Part shown: piece by piece, positions 24,387-32,000 of the stretch
Numbering within the stretch: position 1 is the first letter of the stretch
How the letters are laid out: each line of letters starts with the position of its first letter
From: Candidatus Electrothrix yaqonensis
Lineage (GTDB): Bacteria; Desulfobacterota; Desulfobulbia; Desulfobulbales; Desulfobulbaceae
Assembly: GCA_047651235.1 (NCBI GenBank)
Contig: CP178758.1
Span: 3,240,001 to 3,272,000 of the forward strand
Direction: 5' to 3'
Length of the DNA: 32,000 nt
Made by a program: the position numbers and the translations under genes
The notes under the pieces: model-generated
What the model saw: the letters and a program-made list of their open reading frames with translations, nothing else
The model's database searches: none
Told to the model about the DNA's origin: nothing

Positions 24387-25739
24387 ATGACAGACAACAG
24401 CCGGAATCGGATTTCCATTTGGGAGGCCAAGAACCGACTGGCCTTTAATGAACCGCTCAAGCCCGGTGATCCGCTCTTTGTCGAGACTGACTCGGCCCGT
24501 GGGGATTTCAGCCTCAAGCGACTCTACCGGGAACTGAACGTGGATAACCAGGGCATTGCCCATAGCAAACCTGCTGCGCCCCCTAAGCAATACACCCTCT
24601 TGACCGGGCATCGCGGTTGCGGCAAAAGCACCGAGCTGCTGCGTATGGCCGAGTATCTCCATGATCCAGCCCGCTATTATGTCATCCATCTGGACTGCCT
24701 GGAAAAACTGGATATCCACAATCTGAAATACTCGGATGTGCTGCTGGCCCTGGCGGCTGCCCTGTTTGACCGCCTTGAAAAGGAAGAGGGGATCGAGATG
24801 GAACAGGTGCATCTGACCCGCCTGGAAAACTGGTTCCGGGAGAAGGTGGAGGTGCATAGCGATCTGCGTGAATTTACCGCAGAGGTCAGAGGTGCGGTCA
24901 AGGCCAGGACCGGCCTGCCCTGGCTGGTCAAGCTCTTTGCCGAGCTGACCAACAAGATTAATATCGGCTCGACCTATCGGGAAGAACTGCGCCTGGTGGT
25001 ACGTAACAACTTCAGTGAATTTGCCGAGGCCTTTAACCAGCTCATCCGGGCTGGTGAAGAAAAGATCCGGACTGAAGGCAAGGGGCAGCGTATTCTGTTC
25101 ACCGTGGACGGCACGGATCGGCTCAACAGTGAGGACTCCAGCAAGTTCTTTGTCGAAGATGTCCATCAGTTGACCCAAATTTCCGGCCTATTCATCTACT
25201 GCGCCCCCATCCACCTGCTCCATCAGGACAACTGCCTTAATGCCAGCTTCAGCCAGTCCTTCCGTTTGCCCATGCTCAAAATTCGGGACCGGGACAATGA
25301 CGAAATCCCGGAAAATGTCGCCGTGATGCGGGAACTGGCTCTGCGCCGGGTGCCGGAATACCTGTTTGACGATCTTGCCACCCTGGACTATCTGATCTCA
25401 TACAGCGGCGGCCATCCCCGCGATATGATCCGGCTGCTCAACACAGCGGTCAATTTTGCCGAGGAGGAACGTATTGACCGGGCCGCTGCGGAAAAGGCGA
25501 TCAAGCAGGTAGCCAATGAATACCGCCGTTTTATCAACACTGACGACTACGTCCGCCTAGTCCAGATCGATCTGCATCCGGATGCGCCTGATGACTTCAC
25601 TGACCAGCAGAGCAGTGAAATGCTCTACAATCTGCTCCTGCTGGAGTACAACGACTACGACTATTTCTGGAAAAGCCACCCGGTGATCACCAGCCTGCCG
25701 GGCTACCAGAAGGCTCTTCAGGCAACCGGCTGTGTCTGA
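24387..25739 (+). CDS. P-loop NTPase of AAA+/STAND-like type (Walker A GHRGCGKST, Walker B ILFTVDGTD), no effector domain recognised
   Basis: The 450-aa ORF has Walker A at LLTGHRGCGKSTELL and a NACHT/Cdc6-like Walker B at RILFTVDGTDRL. The later GGHPRDMIRLLN resembles an AAA+ lid/sensor-2 region. No SD is visible before the ATG. Confidence 0.7.
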   Translation: MTDNSRNRISIWEAKNRLAFNEPLKPGDPLFVETDSARGDFSLKRLYRELNVDNQGIAHSKPAAPPKQYTLLTGHRGCGKSTELLRMAEYLHDPARYYVIHLDCLEKLDIHNLKYSDVLLALAAALFDRLEKEEGIEMEQVHLTRLENWFREKVEVHSDLREFTAEVRGAVKARTGLPWLVKLFAELTNKINIGSTYREELRLVVRNNFSEFAEAFNQLIRAGEEKIRTEGKGQRILFTVDGTDRLNSEDSSKFFVEDVHQLTQISGLFIYCAPIHLLHQDNCLNASFSQSFRLPMLKIRDRDNDEIPENVAVMRELALRRVPEYLFDDLATLDYLISYSGGHPRDMIRLLNTAVNFAEEERIDRAAAEKAIKQVANEYRRFINTDDYVRLVQIDLHPDAPDDFTDQQSSEMLYNLLLLEYNDYDYFWKSHPVITSLPGYQKALQATGCV

Positions 25740-26970
25740 ACAGAAGCACTGGCAGCTCCGGCCGGAGCACTCCGGCTGCCTGCTCCGCCTGCAGAAGATA
25801 CTGGAGCGGGTGCGGGGTTTCCGCGTGCTCATCCTGCAGCATAACCGGCCCAAATACCGGGACGGGATAATTGCCTTTCTCCGGGAGGCTGAGCCGGACA
25901 GCGCCCTGCTGGATCTGAAGGAGTCAGGCAGCTTTGCCGCTTTTGAGGCCGAGTTGGGCAAGTACAGCCTGATCCGGCAGCTGCATCTGATCAATCTGGA
26001 AGCGCTGCCCAGGGCAGAGCAGCAGGCCTTTTTCAAGGGGCTGAATTATCACCGGGAACACCTCGCCCGCACCTGCAGCGGCATTCTTCTTTTCTGGCTG
26101 CCGGACCATCTCATTAATCAGCTGGCTGTGGAGGCCCCGGATTTCTGGGCCTGGCGGGAGCAGGTGTTGGATTTCAGTGTGCCGGTTGAGCCGGTGGAGC
26201 GGATGACCGTTGACTGGGTTAAAAGCTGGAACTTGGAGCTTTCTGGGAAACAGGAACGGATAAAGGAGATTGAGGATTTTCTCGCCCGTCCCGCCGAGGA
26301 GCCTTCCTTAACCGCTGCCGATCTCAAACGGGAGCTGGGCAATCTGTATGAATCAATCGGCGAATACACTGAGGCTAAAAAAATACTGGAGGCCGCAGTT
26401 GACGAGTACGGCCAGCTGGACGAAGCTCAAGCCCGCGCCTCTGCCCGGCGTGATCTGGCTGAGCTGCTGGCTACTCAAGGTGATCCTGATCAGGCTCTGA
26501 TTATGCTCAGAGAACAGGTACTTCCTGTCTTCCGGCAGTTAAACAATGTACAGGAAGAGGCTGAAACCAAAGACCGGATCGCGGACATTTTTGAGCGGCG
26601 GGGCGAACTGGATGCGGCTCTCAGAATTCGGGAACAAGAAATATTGCCGTTTGTTGAGCGTCTCGGTGATTTACGTAATAAGGCCGTGACCATGGGGAAG
26701 ATAGCCGACATCCTTGAGACGCGCGGCCAGCTCGACGACGCTCTCAAAATCAGAGAGCAGGAAGAGCTAACCATATATGATCGGATCGGCGATGTGCGAG
26801 AACTATTGCTTTGCCGAACCAAGATTGCGCTCCTACTTCATGAAATGGATGCTGAAACGAATCAAGAAAGGATTGAAAAATTGCTGCGCCTCGCCTTGGC
26901 TGATGCCCGGCGGCTCAAGCTGCCCAGGGAAACAGCATGGATTGAGGGGATTATACGTAAAACAAAATGA
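25732..26970 (+). CDS. TPR-repeat protein with an N-terminal degenerate NTPase-like region
   Basis: The 412-aa ORF has a GTG start overlapping the upstream stop by 8 nt. The C-terminal half has repeated ~40-aa units (GELDAALRIREQEILPFVERLGD / GQLDDALKIREQEELTIYDRIGD). The N-terminus has strand-like FRVLILQHN without a P-loop. Confidence 0.7.
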   Translation: MSEQKHWQLRPEHSGCLLRLQKILERVRGFRVLILQHNRPKYRDGIIAFLREAEPDSALLDLKESGSFAAFEAELGKYSLIRQLHLINLEALPRAEQQAFFKGLNYHREHLARTCSGILLFWLPDHLINQLAVEAPDFWAWREQVLDFSVPVEPVERMTVDWVKSWNLELSGKQERIKEIEDFLARPAEEPSLTAADLKRELGNLYESIGEYTEAKKILEAAVDEYGQLDEAQARASARRDLAELLATQGDPDQALIMLREQVLPVFRQLNNVQEEAETKDRIADIFERRGELDAALRIREQEILPFVERLGDLRNKAVTMGKIADILETRGQLDDALKIREQEELTIYDRIGDVRELLLCRTKIALLLHEMDAETNQERIEKLLRLALADARRLKLPRETAWIEGIIRKTK

Positions 26971-27097
26971 GGTATGAGTCGCACCTCCCGACAACAATAT
27001 ACAGATCTCACCTGCTTTAACTCCTTGACAAAAAAGTTTTTCTGGTCTTCTATCTGCAACAGGACTCTCTCATATCAACCTAAAAAAGGAGGAAGCA

Positions 27098-28111
27098 ATG
27101 AACCCTGAACTGCGCCCGGATTTTTCCCTGCAGGGCGAGGACGAAATTTTTCAGCAGATGATCAAGCTGACCGTGAAGATGATGGAGGAGTCGAAAGACG
27201 GATGTCCGCTCCGTGTGCAGCACGCAAAGGCGACCGCCTGTGTGACTGCCAGCTTTGAGATCGAGCAGGATATACCCGATGACCTCCGTTACGGGATCTT
27301 CACGCAGCCCGGCAGAACCTTTGACGCCATTGTCCGATTTTCCAACGCTCAGGGAAGCATTGAGCCTGACGGAGAAGCAACAGGACGGGGGCTGGCCATC
27401 AAACTGCCTGAGGTTGACGGCTCCCGTGCCCTGGAAGGAGATACCGACAGAAGCCAGGATTTTCTGTTCGTGAATCATCCTGTGTTTCCTTTTCCGACCC
27501 CGAAAGAGTACCTGGAAATTATAGAACGCAAAAACATTCCGCTGGTTGGGGATCTGCTGACTCTGGCCCACTTGTTCTTTGACCGGGACCAGCTTGAGAT
27601 TATCAAGAAGATAAGGGCGAAGTCCATTGCCAGTCCTCTCAGCAGCCCCTACTGGAGCGGTGCGCCGTTCTGGCTCGGAGATGCTGCCGGGACAACAGGC
27701 CAAGCCGTGAAGTACTCGGCAATTCCTGCTGCGCATACCCCCGGGCCTGCTGACCCGGAAAAAATGTCTGCAGATTATCTGCGGGAGGCTGTTGCCGAGC
27801 ACCTTGCGCAACAGGAAGCGATTTTCGACTTCATGGTGCAGCAGCAGGGTGACCCGGTCAAAATGCCGATTGAGGATGCCTCTGTATACTGGGATGAACA
27901 GAAGTCAGTGCCTGTGAAGGTGGCGACGCTGCGTATCGCTATGCAGCCTGTCGAGAAAGGCAGTGAGCTGAAAAAACGCTGTGAAGCCATGTCGTTTACC
28001 CCTTGGCATGCGCAGAAAGAGCACCGCCCGTTGGGCGGGATCAACCGTCTGCGCAAAGCGGTGTACTCTGCCAGCTTTACTGAGCGGGAGCGGCGGAAGA
28101 AAGCGGTGTGA
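27098..28111 (+). CDS. Catalase-related haem protein (mini-catalase / catalase-family protein)
   Basis: The 337-aa ORF has LRVQHAKATACV (distal His region), VRFSNAQG...GRGLAIKL and a C-terminal RLRKAVYSAS (candidate proximal Tyr). A strong SD AAGGAGGAA lies upstream. Confidence 0.7.
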   Translation: MNPELRPDFSLQGEDEIFQQMIKLTVKMMEESKDGCPLRVQHAKATACVTASFEIEQDIPDDLRYGIFTQPGRTFDAIVRFSNAQGSIEPDGEATGRGLAIKLPEVDGSRALEGDTDRSQDFLFVNHPVFPFPTPKEYLEIIERKNIPLVGDLLTLAHLFFDRDQLEIIKKIRAKSIASPLSSPYWSGAPFWLGDAAGTTGQAVKYSAIPAAHTPGPADPEKMSADYLREAVAEHLAQQEAIFDFMVQQQGDPVKMPIEDASVYWDEQKSVPVKVATLRIAMQPVEKGSELKKRCEAMSFTPWHAQKEHRPLGGINRLRKAVYSASFTERERRKKAV

Positions 28112-28206
28112 AGTGTGAATAGCTTAACTTCAGCAGATATTGCGTCCCCGGCAGGGACAGCATCCATTAAGCCGGTATTTCCACCGGGTTTCAGGGAGGA
28201 ACCCCA

Positions 28207-29391
28207 ATGTCCGAAGACAGTTTCACCGAAGTCACTGAGCAGTCCTGGTTCAGCCGAATCGGGAAATCCATCACAGGCATCTTTTTCGGCCTTCTTCTCT
28301 TTGTCGCCGCCTTTCCGCTCCTGTTCTGGAACGAAGGCCGGGCCGTGAAGACCTATAAGACCCTGAAGGAAGGCGCGGGAGCTGTTGTCTCCGTTCCTGC
28401 GGACCGGGTTGACCCGGCCAATGCGGGCAAACTGATTCACATTACCGGCAGGGCAGTCACAGAGGACACGCTGACCGATCCGGTCTTCGGTCTTTCCGCT
28501 AATGCCCTGAAACTGCTGCGGCGGGTGGAAATGTATCAGTGGGAGGAAGAATCAAGCAGCACAACGGAGAAGAAGGTCGGCGGTGGCACAAAGACTGTGA
28601 CCAAGTATTCCTACAGCAAAACATGGTCAGACCGTGCAATCAATTCCTCCAGCTTCAGAAAATCCGGGTACGATAATCCCGGTTCCATGCCGTATGCAAA
28701 TGCGGAGCAGATTGCGGACAGGGTTATGCTCGGCGCCTTCACGCTCCCGACCTCATTGGTCAGCAAAATCGGCGGCGCGCAGCAGCTGCCGGTTAGCAGC
28801 GAAACCCCTTTGCCTGATGAACTGGTAGGCCGGGCACAACGGCATGATAGCGGTATCTATATCGGCAATAATCCGTCTGATCCACAGATAGGGGATGTCC
28901 GCATTCATTTTGAGACCGTGCCGCAGCAGGAGATCAGCGTGGTTGCCCAGCAGACCGGCAGCAGTTTCACTGCCTACCAGACCAGCGCAGGCGGCACCAT
29001 TGAACTCCTGCAGACAGGCACCAGAACCGCTGAAGCCATGTTCCAAAAGGCGCAGACCGACAACAAGATCCTGACCTGGATACTGCGGGTTGTCGGGTTC
29101 ATCCTGATGCTTATCGGCCTGAACCTGATCTTCAAGGTGTTCTCCGTGCTCGCAGATGTCCTGCCGTTCCTCGGCAGCATTGTCGGGGCCGGAACCGGCA
29201 TTATCTCCTTTCTGATTGCCGGAGTGCTCTCCCTGATCACCATTGCCGTGGCCTGGATCGTTTTTCGCCCCATTCTGGGTGCTATCCTACTGGCGGCGGC
29301 TGTGGTGCTGATCGTGCTGATCGGCGGCAGGATTAAGGCGGGCAGGGCAAAGGTGGCAACGCCTCCGCCTCCTCCTCCGGCAGCGGCATGA
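28207..29391 (+). CDS. TMEM43/DUF1625 family membrane protein with C-terminal poly-Pro tail
   Basis: The 394-aa ORF has the N-terminus SWFSRIGKSITGIFFGLLLFVAAFPLLFWNEGRAV, typical of the family. C-terminal TM helices are present, and the protein ends PPPPPPAAA. Confidence 0.7.
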   Translation: MSEDSFTEVTEQSWFSRIGKSITGIFFGLLLFVAAFPLLFWNEGRAVKTYKTLKEGAGAVVSVPADRVDPANAGKLIHITGRAVTEDTLTDPVFGLSANALKLLRRVEMYQWEEESSSTTEKKVGGGTKTVTKYSYSKTWSDRAINSSSFRKSGYDNPGSMPYANAEQIADRVMLGAFTLPTSLVSKIGGAQQLPVSSETPLPDELVGRAQRHDSGIYIGNNPSDPQIGDVRIHFETVPQQEISVVAQQTGSSFTAYQTSAGGTIELLQTGTRTAEAMFQKAQTDNKILTWILRVVGFILMLIGLNLIFKVFSVLADVLPFLGSIVGAGTGIISFLIAGVLSLITIAVAWIVFRPILGAILLAAAVVLIVLIGGRIKAGRAKVATPPPPPPAAA

Positions 29392-29492
29392 GAAAAAAAA
29401 TGAGGAGAAACGGAGAGCTGTTCCGAAGCGGAAAAAGGCATTTCTTCAGAGAATTACACACAAGGATCAACTGAAATAACAAGGAGGAAAAA

Positions 29493-29921
29493 ATGAAACG
29501 AGTACTGATGTTGTGCGCCTGTCTGTTCATACTTGCCGGCTGCGGCGGAACAGGCGGGACCGGCGGAATCGGGGGGGATGTAGAACTCCCGTTCACCGTG
29601 GATCTGAGGGCAGGGGCTTCCACAAGGATAAACAGTGACCTCACCATCCGTTTTGTCGGGGTGACCAATGAGTCCCGCTGTCCCACCGGTGCGCAGTGTG
29701 CCTGGGCGGGGAATGCGGAAGTGGAGCTGGCTCTGAGCGGTTCCGGTGATCAGGTTACCCATCTGAATACAGGCGCCCAGTACCCCCGGACAGAAAAATA
29801 TCACGGCTATACCATCACCCTGCAGGAGCTGAAACCGTATCCTGTTGCCGGGCAGACCATTAGCCCCGGTTCCTATACTGCTGTGTTGGTCATTGCGCAG
29901 GAGGCGCCTGCTTCTCCCTGA
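29493..29921 (+). CDS. Small lipoprotein (hypothetical)
   Basis: The signal peptide has a lipobox LAGC followed by a Gly-rich linker. A conserved-looking ESRCPTGAQCAWAGNAEV motif follows. An AAGGAGG SD lies upstream. Confidence 0.7.
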   Translation: MKRVLMLCACLFILAGCGGTGGTGGIGGDVELPFTVDLRAGASTRINSDLTIRFVGVTNESRCPTGAQCAWAGNAEVELALSGSGDQVTHLNTGAQYPRTEKYHGYTITLQELKPYPVAGQTISPGSYTAVLVIAQEAPASP

Positions 29922-29975
29922 AAAGCTGTTTTTTTAATCCTGCCGGGAAATGGATATATAACGCTGACTCCTGGA

Positions 29976-30013
29976 GCGGGTACGGCCATATTTTATGATA
30001 CGGCCGTACCCGC
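29976..30013. repeat. 12-bp-arm perfect inverted repeat at the junction with the comM remnant
   Basis: gcgggtacggcc (29976-29987) and ggccgtacccgc (30002-30013) are separated by a 14-nt AT-rich loop. Confidence 0.7.
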
Positions 30014-30035
30014 CATTCACCATTCCGTACTTTTT

Positions 30036-30256
30036 CATAATCGCAACAAACTGGATTCAGGCAGAAATCAATAGATCCAGCAATTCTGGACACTGCTGAA
30101 GACTCTGTCCCTGTTGGGCCTGTCCGCACGGGCCTTTCACCGTATTGTCAAAATTGCCCGCACTATTGCCGATCTGGCCGGAGCCGAGCGGATCGATGCT
30201 GCCCATGTGGCTCTGAGGCGGTGCAGTACCGGCGGCAGCAGTTTGATGCGGGGTGA
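30036..30256 (+). pseudogene. comM: 5'-truncated, decayed 3' remnant of comM/yifB (Mg-chelatase-like ATPase)
   Basis: Translation gives ...IQQFWTLLKTLSLLGLSARAFHRIVKIARTIADLAGAERIDAAHV, matching the conserved ComM/YifB C-terminus. There is an in-frame TAG at 30072-30074. A -1 frameshift near 30210 moves the expected EAVQYRRQQFDAG-stop ending (to 30256) into another frame. The 5' boundary is approximate. Confidence 0.7.
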
Positions 30257-30317
30257 TTTCTGCAGTACAAATACCTTGGCCTTGCGTAGCAGCAATGAAA
30301 CTCACGTGGAGATACGT

Positions 30318-30713
30318 ATGCCCCTTGACGACTTGGCCTGGCGCTTCAGCGATCTGATTTTCAACGGCTGCTTTCCCTCCACTGTGCATGAGCGGCTTGC
30401 AGGTGAGCTGGTCAAGGCACGGCTCATGAAGGCGTCGAACCGGTTTGACGAGGCCCTTGAGATTATCAACAGGACGCTTGACAGACTGCCTGATTATCCC
30501 GAGGCATTACTCCTCAAGGCGCAGATACTCTGGGAAGGATATGCCGATTATCCGAGAGCAAAAGCCTGTTTACAGCAAGTCATCCGAATGAAGCGAACGA
30601 AGAACGAACAGGATGAAATCATCCGCCGATGGTGTGAAAATCTGCTCAAGGAAATGCGTGCGGAGAAACGGGCGCAGCACAGGAGAGCGGAGGCGGATAA
30701 GCGGCGGGGATAG
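30318..30713 (+). CDS. Small TPR-like helical protein with basic C-terminal tail (hypothetical)
   Basis: The ATG at 30318 has a GGAG SD 6 nt upstream. The track ORF from TTG 30114 artificially fuses it to the comM remnant. The TPR-like region reads FDEALEIINRTLDRLPDYPEALLLKAQILWEGY. Confidence 0.55.
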   Translation: MPLDDLAWRFSDLIFNGCFPSTVHERLAGELVKARLMKASNRFDEALEIINRTLDRLPDYPEALLLKAQILWEGYADYPRAKACLQQVIRMKRTKNEQDEIIRRWCENLLKEMRAEKRAQHRRAEADKRRG

Positions 30714-30789
30714 AAAGTGGGTGATGCGGGGTGTTTCCTGATTCACATCCTGCCAGGTGTGCTTCAGTTCGCTCAGAGTAGGAAGCGGG

Positions 30790-30824
30790 GATAAAAATGT
30801 TGGGGAGCACTTCGCTTCCCCAAC
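30790..30824 (-). terminator. Terminator downstream of the alpha/beta hydrolase gene
   Basis: On the minus strand, gttggggaagc-gaagt-gctccccaac forms a stem with a 1-nt bulge, followed by ATTTTTAT. Confidence 0.5.
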
Positions 30825-30846
30825 CTACGGTGCTGCTTCACTCATA

Positions 30847-31824
30847 TCAAACCTCGGTAATGATGCTTGTCCGGCGGAATTCGTCTCCAGGGAACACGCG
30901 GCCCGTTACCAAAGTGGAAAAGATATGGTCAAACACCAAACCAGATTTCCCTTGCACTCTGCCAGACCTGAAGTAACTGTGGCCCTTTGGCCAGTCGTAG
31001 GCATTGTTGATGTCGTCGCAGTCAACAGCATAGACGTTTGATGGGGTTAGCTTCATATTATCAGGTCCCGTGTGCCCGAGCCGCCGTGACGCGACTTTAT
31101 TCTTGAGGTTGGCCGCTTTGCTGGCGCGTAGAGCGAGGTCGTCAGATGCGTAATATACAATGACGTTGCGGGAGGCGTGGCAGATCAACTCTCCCTTCTT
31201 CCCGGGCTCAAGCGACTCATTTACTATATCTGCTGCAACCAAGAACGTATTCCTGAATATAAATGGCACCCCGTCTGCCAGATCGTATTTGTTCCACGCT
31301 GCTAAGGTCTCACACAACACGCGGTTTCCCATAGAATGGGCCAGAATATTGATCCTTTTCAGGCAGGGATCTGCTTGGGGGTTGTGTTGGTCAGTGTTTC
31401 TCCACGCTATGAACTTCTGTAGCACCCGCGCGAAGGAATGGTCACTGGCATCCGCCGACTTCTGGTCATCCCAATAGTCCTTAACTACCCCCAAATCATT
31501 GTCACAGGGCCACACCAAGGGGACAACGAGAACCTCACGATCTTTCTTGGCATCGCAGAGTGCTTGAAATTCATTAACGGCTTTGAACACGTCTTCGGGA
31601 AGGTTTGAAAAACCGTGAATGTAAATGAGCACCTGACGATAGGGAGATTGCTTCAAGCGTGACAAGAAGTCAATGCTGCCAATCTCCGTGGAAGCACCAT
31701 CGGACGTGCGTTCGCAAAAGAACACCGACTTGCTTGGTGTATTGTTATTCAAATCAAACTCAAACGTACGTCCAACTCGTGTGCGGATACTCTGCCGCGG
31801 AAAACGATTAGTGATATAAAGCAT
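30847..31824 (-). CDS. Alpha/beta hydrolase of the DUF900 type
   Basis: MLYITNRF..., VLIYIHGFSN and the nucleophile elbow AHSMGNRV are present. The ATG at 31824 is preceded by GGAGGAGAGGAA. The track ORF start at 31884 is probably too far upstream. Confidence 0.7.
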   Translation of the reverse strand: MLYITNRFPRQSIRTRVGRTFEFDLNNNTPSKSVFFCERTSDGASTEIGSIDFLSRLKQSPYRQVLIYIHGFSNLPEDVFKAVNEFQALCDAKKDREVLVVPLVWPCDNDLGVVKDYWDDQKSADASDHSFARVLQKFIAWRNTDQHNPQADPCLKRINILAHSMGNRVLCETLAAWNKYDLADGVPFIFRNTFLVAADIVNESLEPGKKGELICHASRNVIVYYASDDLALRASKAANLKNKVASRRLGHTGPDNMKLTPSNVYAVDCDDINNAYDWPKGHSYFRSGRVQGKSGLVFDHIFSTLVTGRVFPGDEFRRTSIITEV

Positions 31825-32000
31825 TTCCTCTCCTCCTAATTTGTATTTACCGCGATTCCTATAGACAGAAGTCTCAGGGAACAAATTATACTACAGTTTC
31901 CCCCTGTCGAGCAGAATTGCATGATAACCAGAAAACTGTCAGACTTTCTCAAATGCAGGCTCTTGTTATCTTTGTACAGGATTATCATACCTCGCGTCAA

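Noticed and set aside
24378-25178. 266-aa minus-strand ORF overlapping the NTPase gene start
   Set aside because: It is antisense to the ORF carrying intact Walker A/B motifs. It has no motifs of its own.
27080-28440. 243-aa and 221-aa minus-strand ORFs
   Set aside because: They are antisense to the catalase-related and TMEM43-like genes, which have strong SD sequences and family motifs. Their composition is shadow-like.
30114-30713. 199-aa ORF as listed in the track (TTG start)
   Set aside because: I reinterpreted it. Its first ~35 codons are the comM C-terminal remnant, read past a frameshift into junk. The real downstream gene most likely starts at ATG 30318, which has a GGAG SD.
1-32000. 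CRISPR arrays, rRNA, IS elements, integrases
   Set aside because: No regularly spaced short repeats, rRNA-like sequence, transposase motifs or recombinase motifs were seen on either strand.

Overview
This 32-kb window looks like a chromosomal segment of a GC-rich Desulfobacterota or deltaproteobacterium-like genome. The taxon is inferred from gene content only. The housekeeping genes recognised by motifs are a Pat-type acyl-CoA synthetase/GNAT fusion, dusB, a sigma-70 factor, malQ, tRNA-Glu(CUC), class II ilvC, a MOSC protein, a TIGR03960-type radical SAM protein, yhbY, arfB, cimA, a TlpA-like thioredoxin lipoprotein and a ComEA-like protein. Six accessory patches interrupt this backbone. (i) A low-GC eptA/MCR-like phosphoethanolamine transferase plus PAP2 pair lies at 0.6-3.07 kb. 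(ii) A tRNA-Glu-proximal patch at 10.3-12.6 kb holds a modular Cys-rich secreted protein, an orphan ORF and a DUF4160 protein. (iii) Two tandem stand-alone CZB zinc-binding sensor paralogs each have their own terminator. (iv) A 1.43-kb AT-rich islet at 19.7-21.1 kb is flanked by 31-nt imperfect direct repeats that duplicate the arfB 3' end. It carries its own near-consensus promoter, a 2TM protein whose GAF-like domain appears split by a frameshift, and a 69-aa ORF. (v) A roughly 5.8-kb block at 24.2-30.0 kb holds a translationally coupled P-loop NTPase + TPR pair with no recognisable effector, a catalase-related haem protein, a TMEM43/DUF1625 membrane protein and a lipoprotein. It ends at a 5'-truncated, stop-containing, frameshifted comM/yifB remnant. 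(vi) A small TPR-like protein and a DUF900-type alpha/beta hydrolase lie at the right edge. I recognised no CRISPR array, rRNA, transposase or integrase. The best candidates for an undescribed system are the NTPase+TPR pair with its neighbours and the repeat-flanked AT-rich islet. All functional assignments come from motif recognition by eye, not from database searches.
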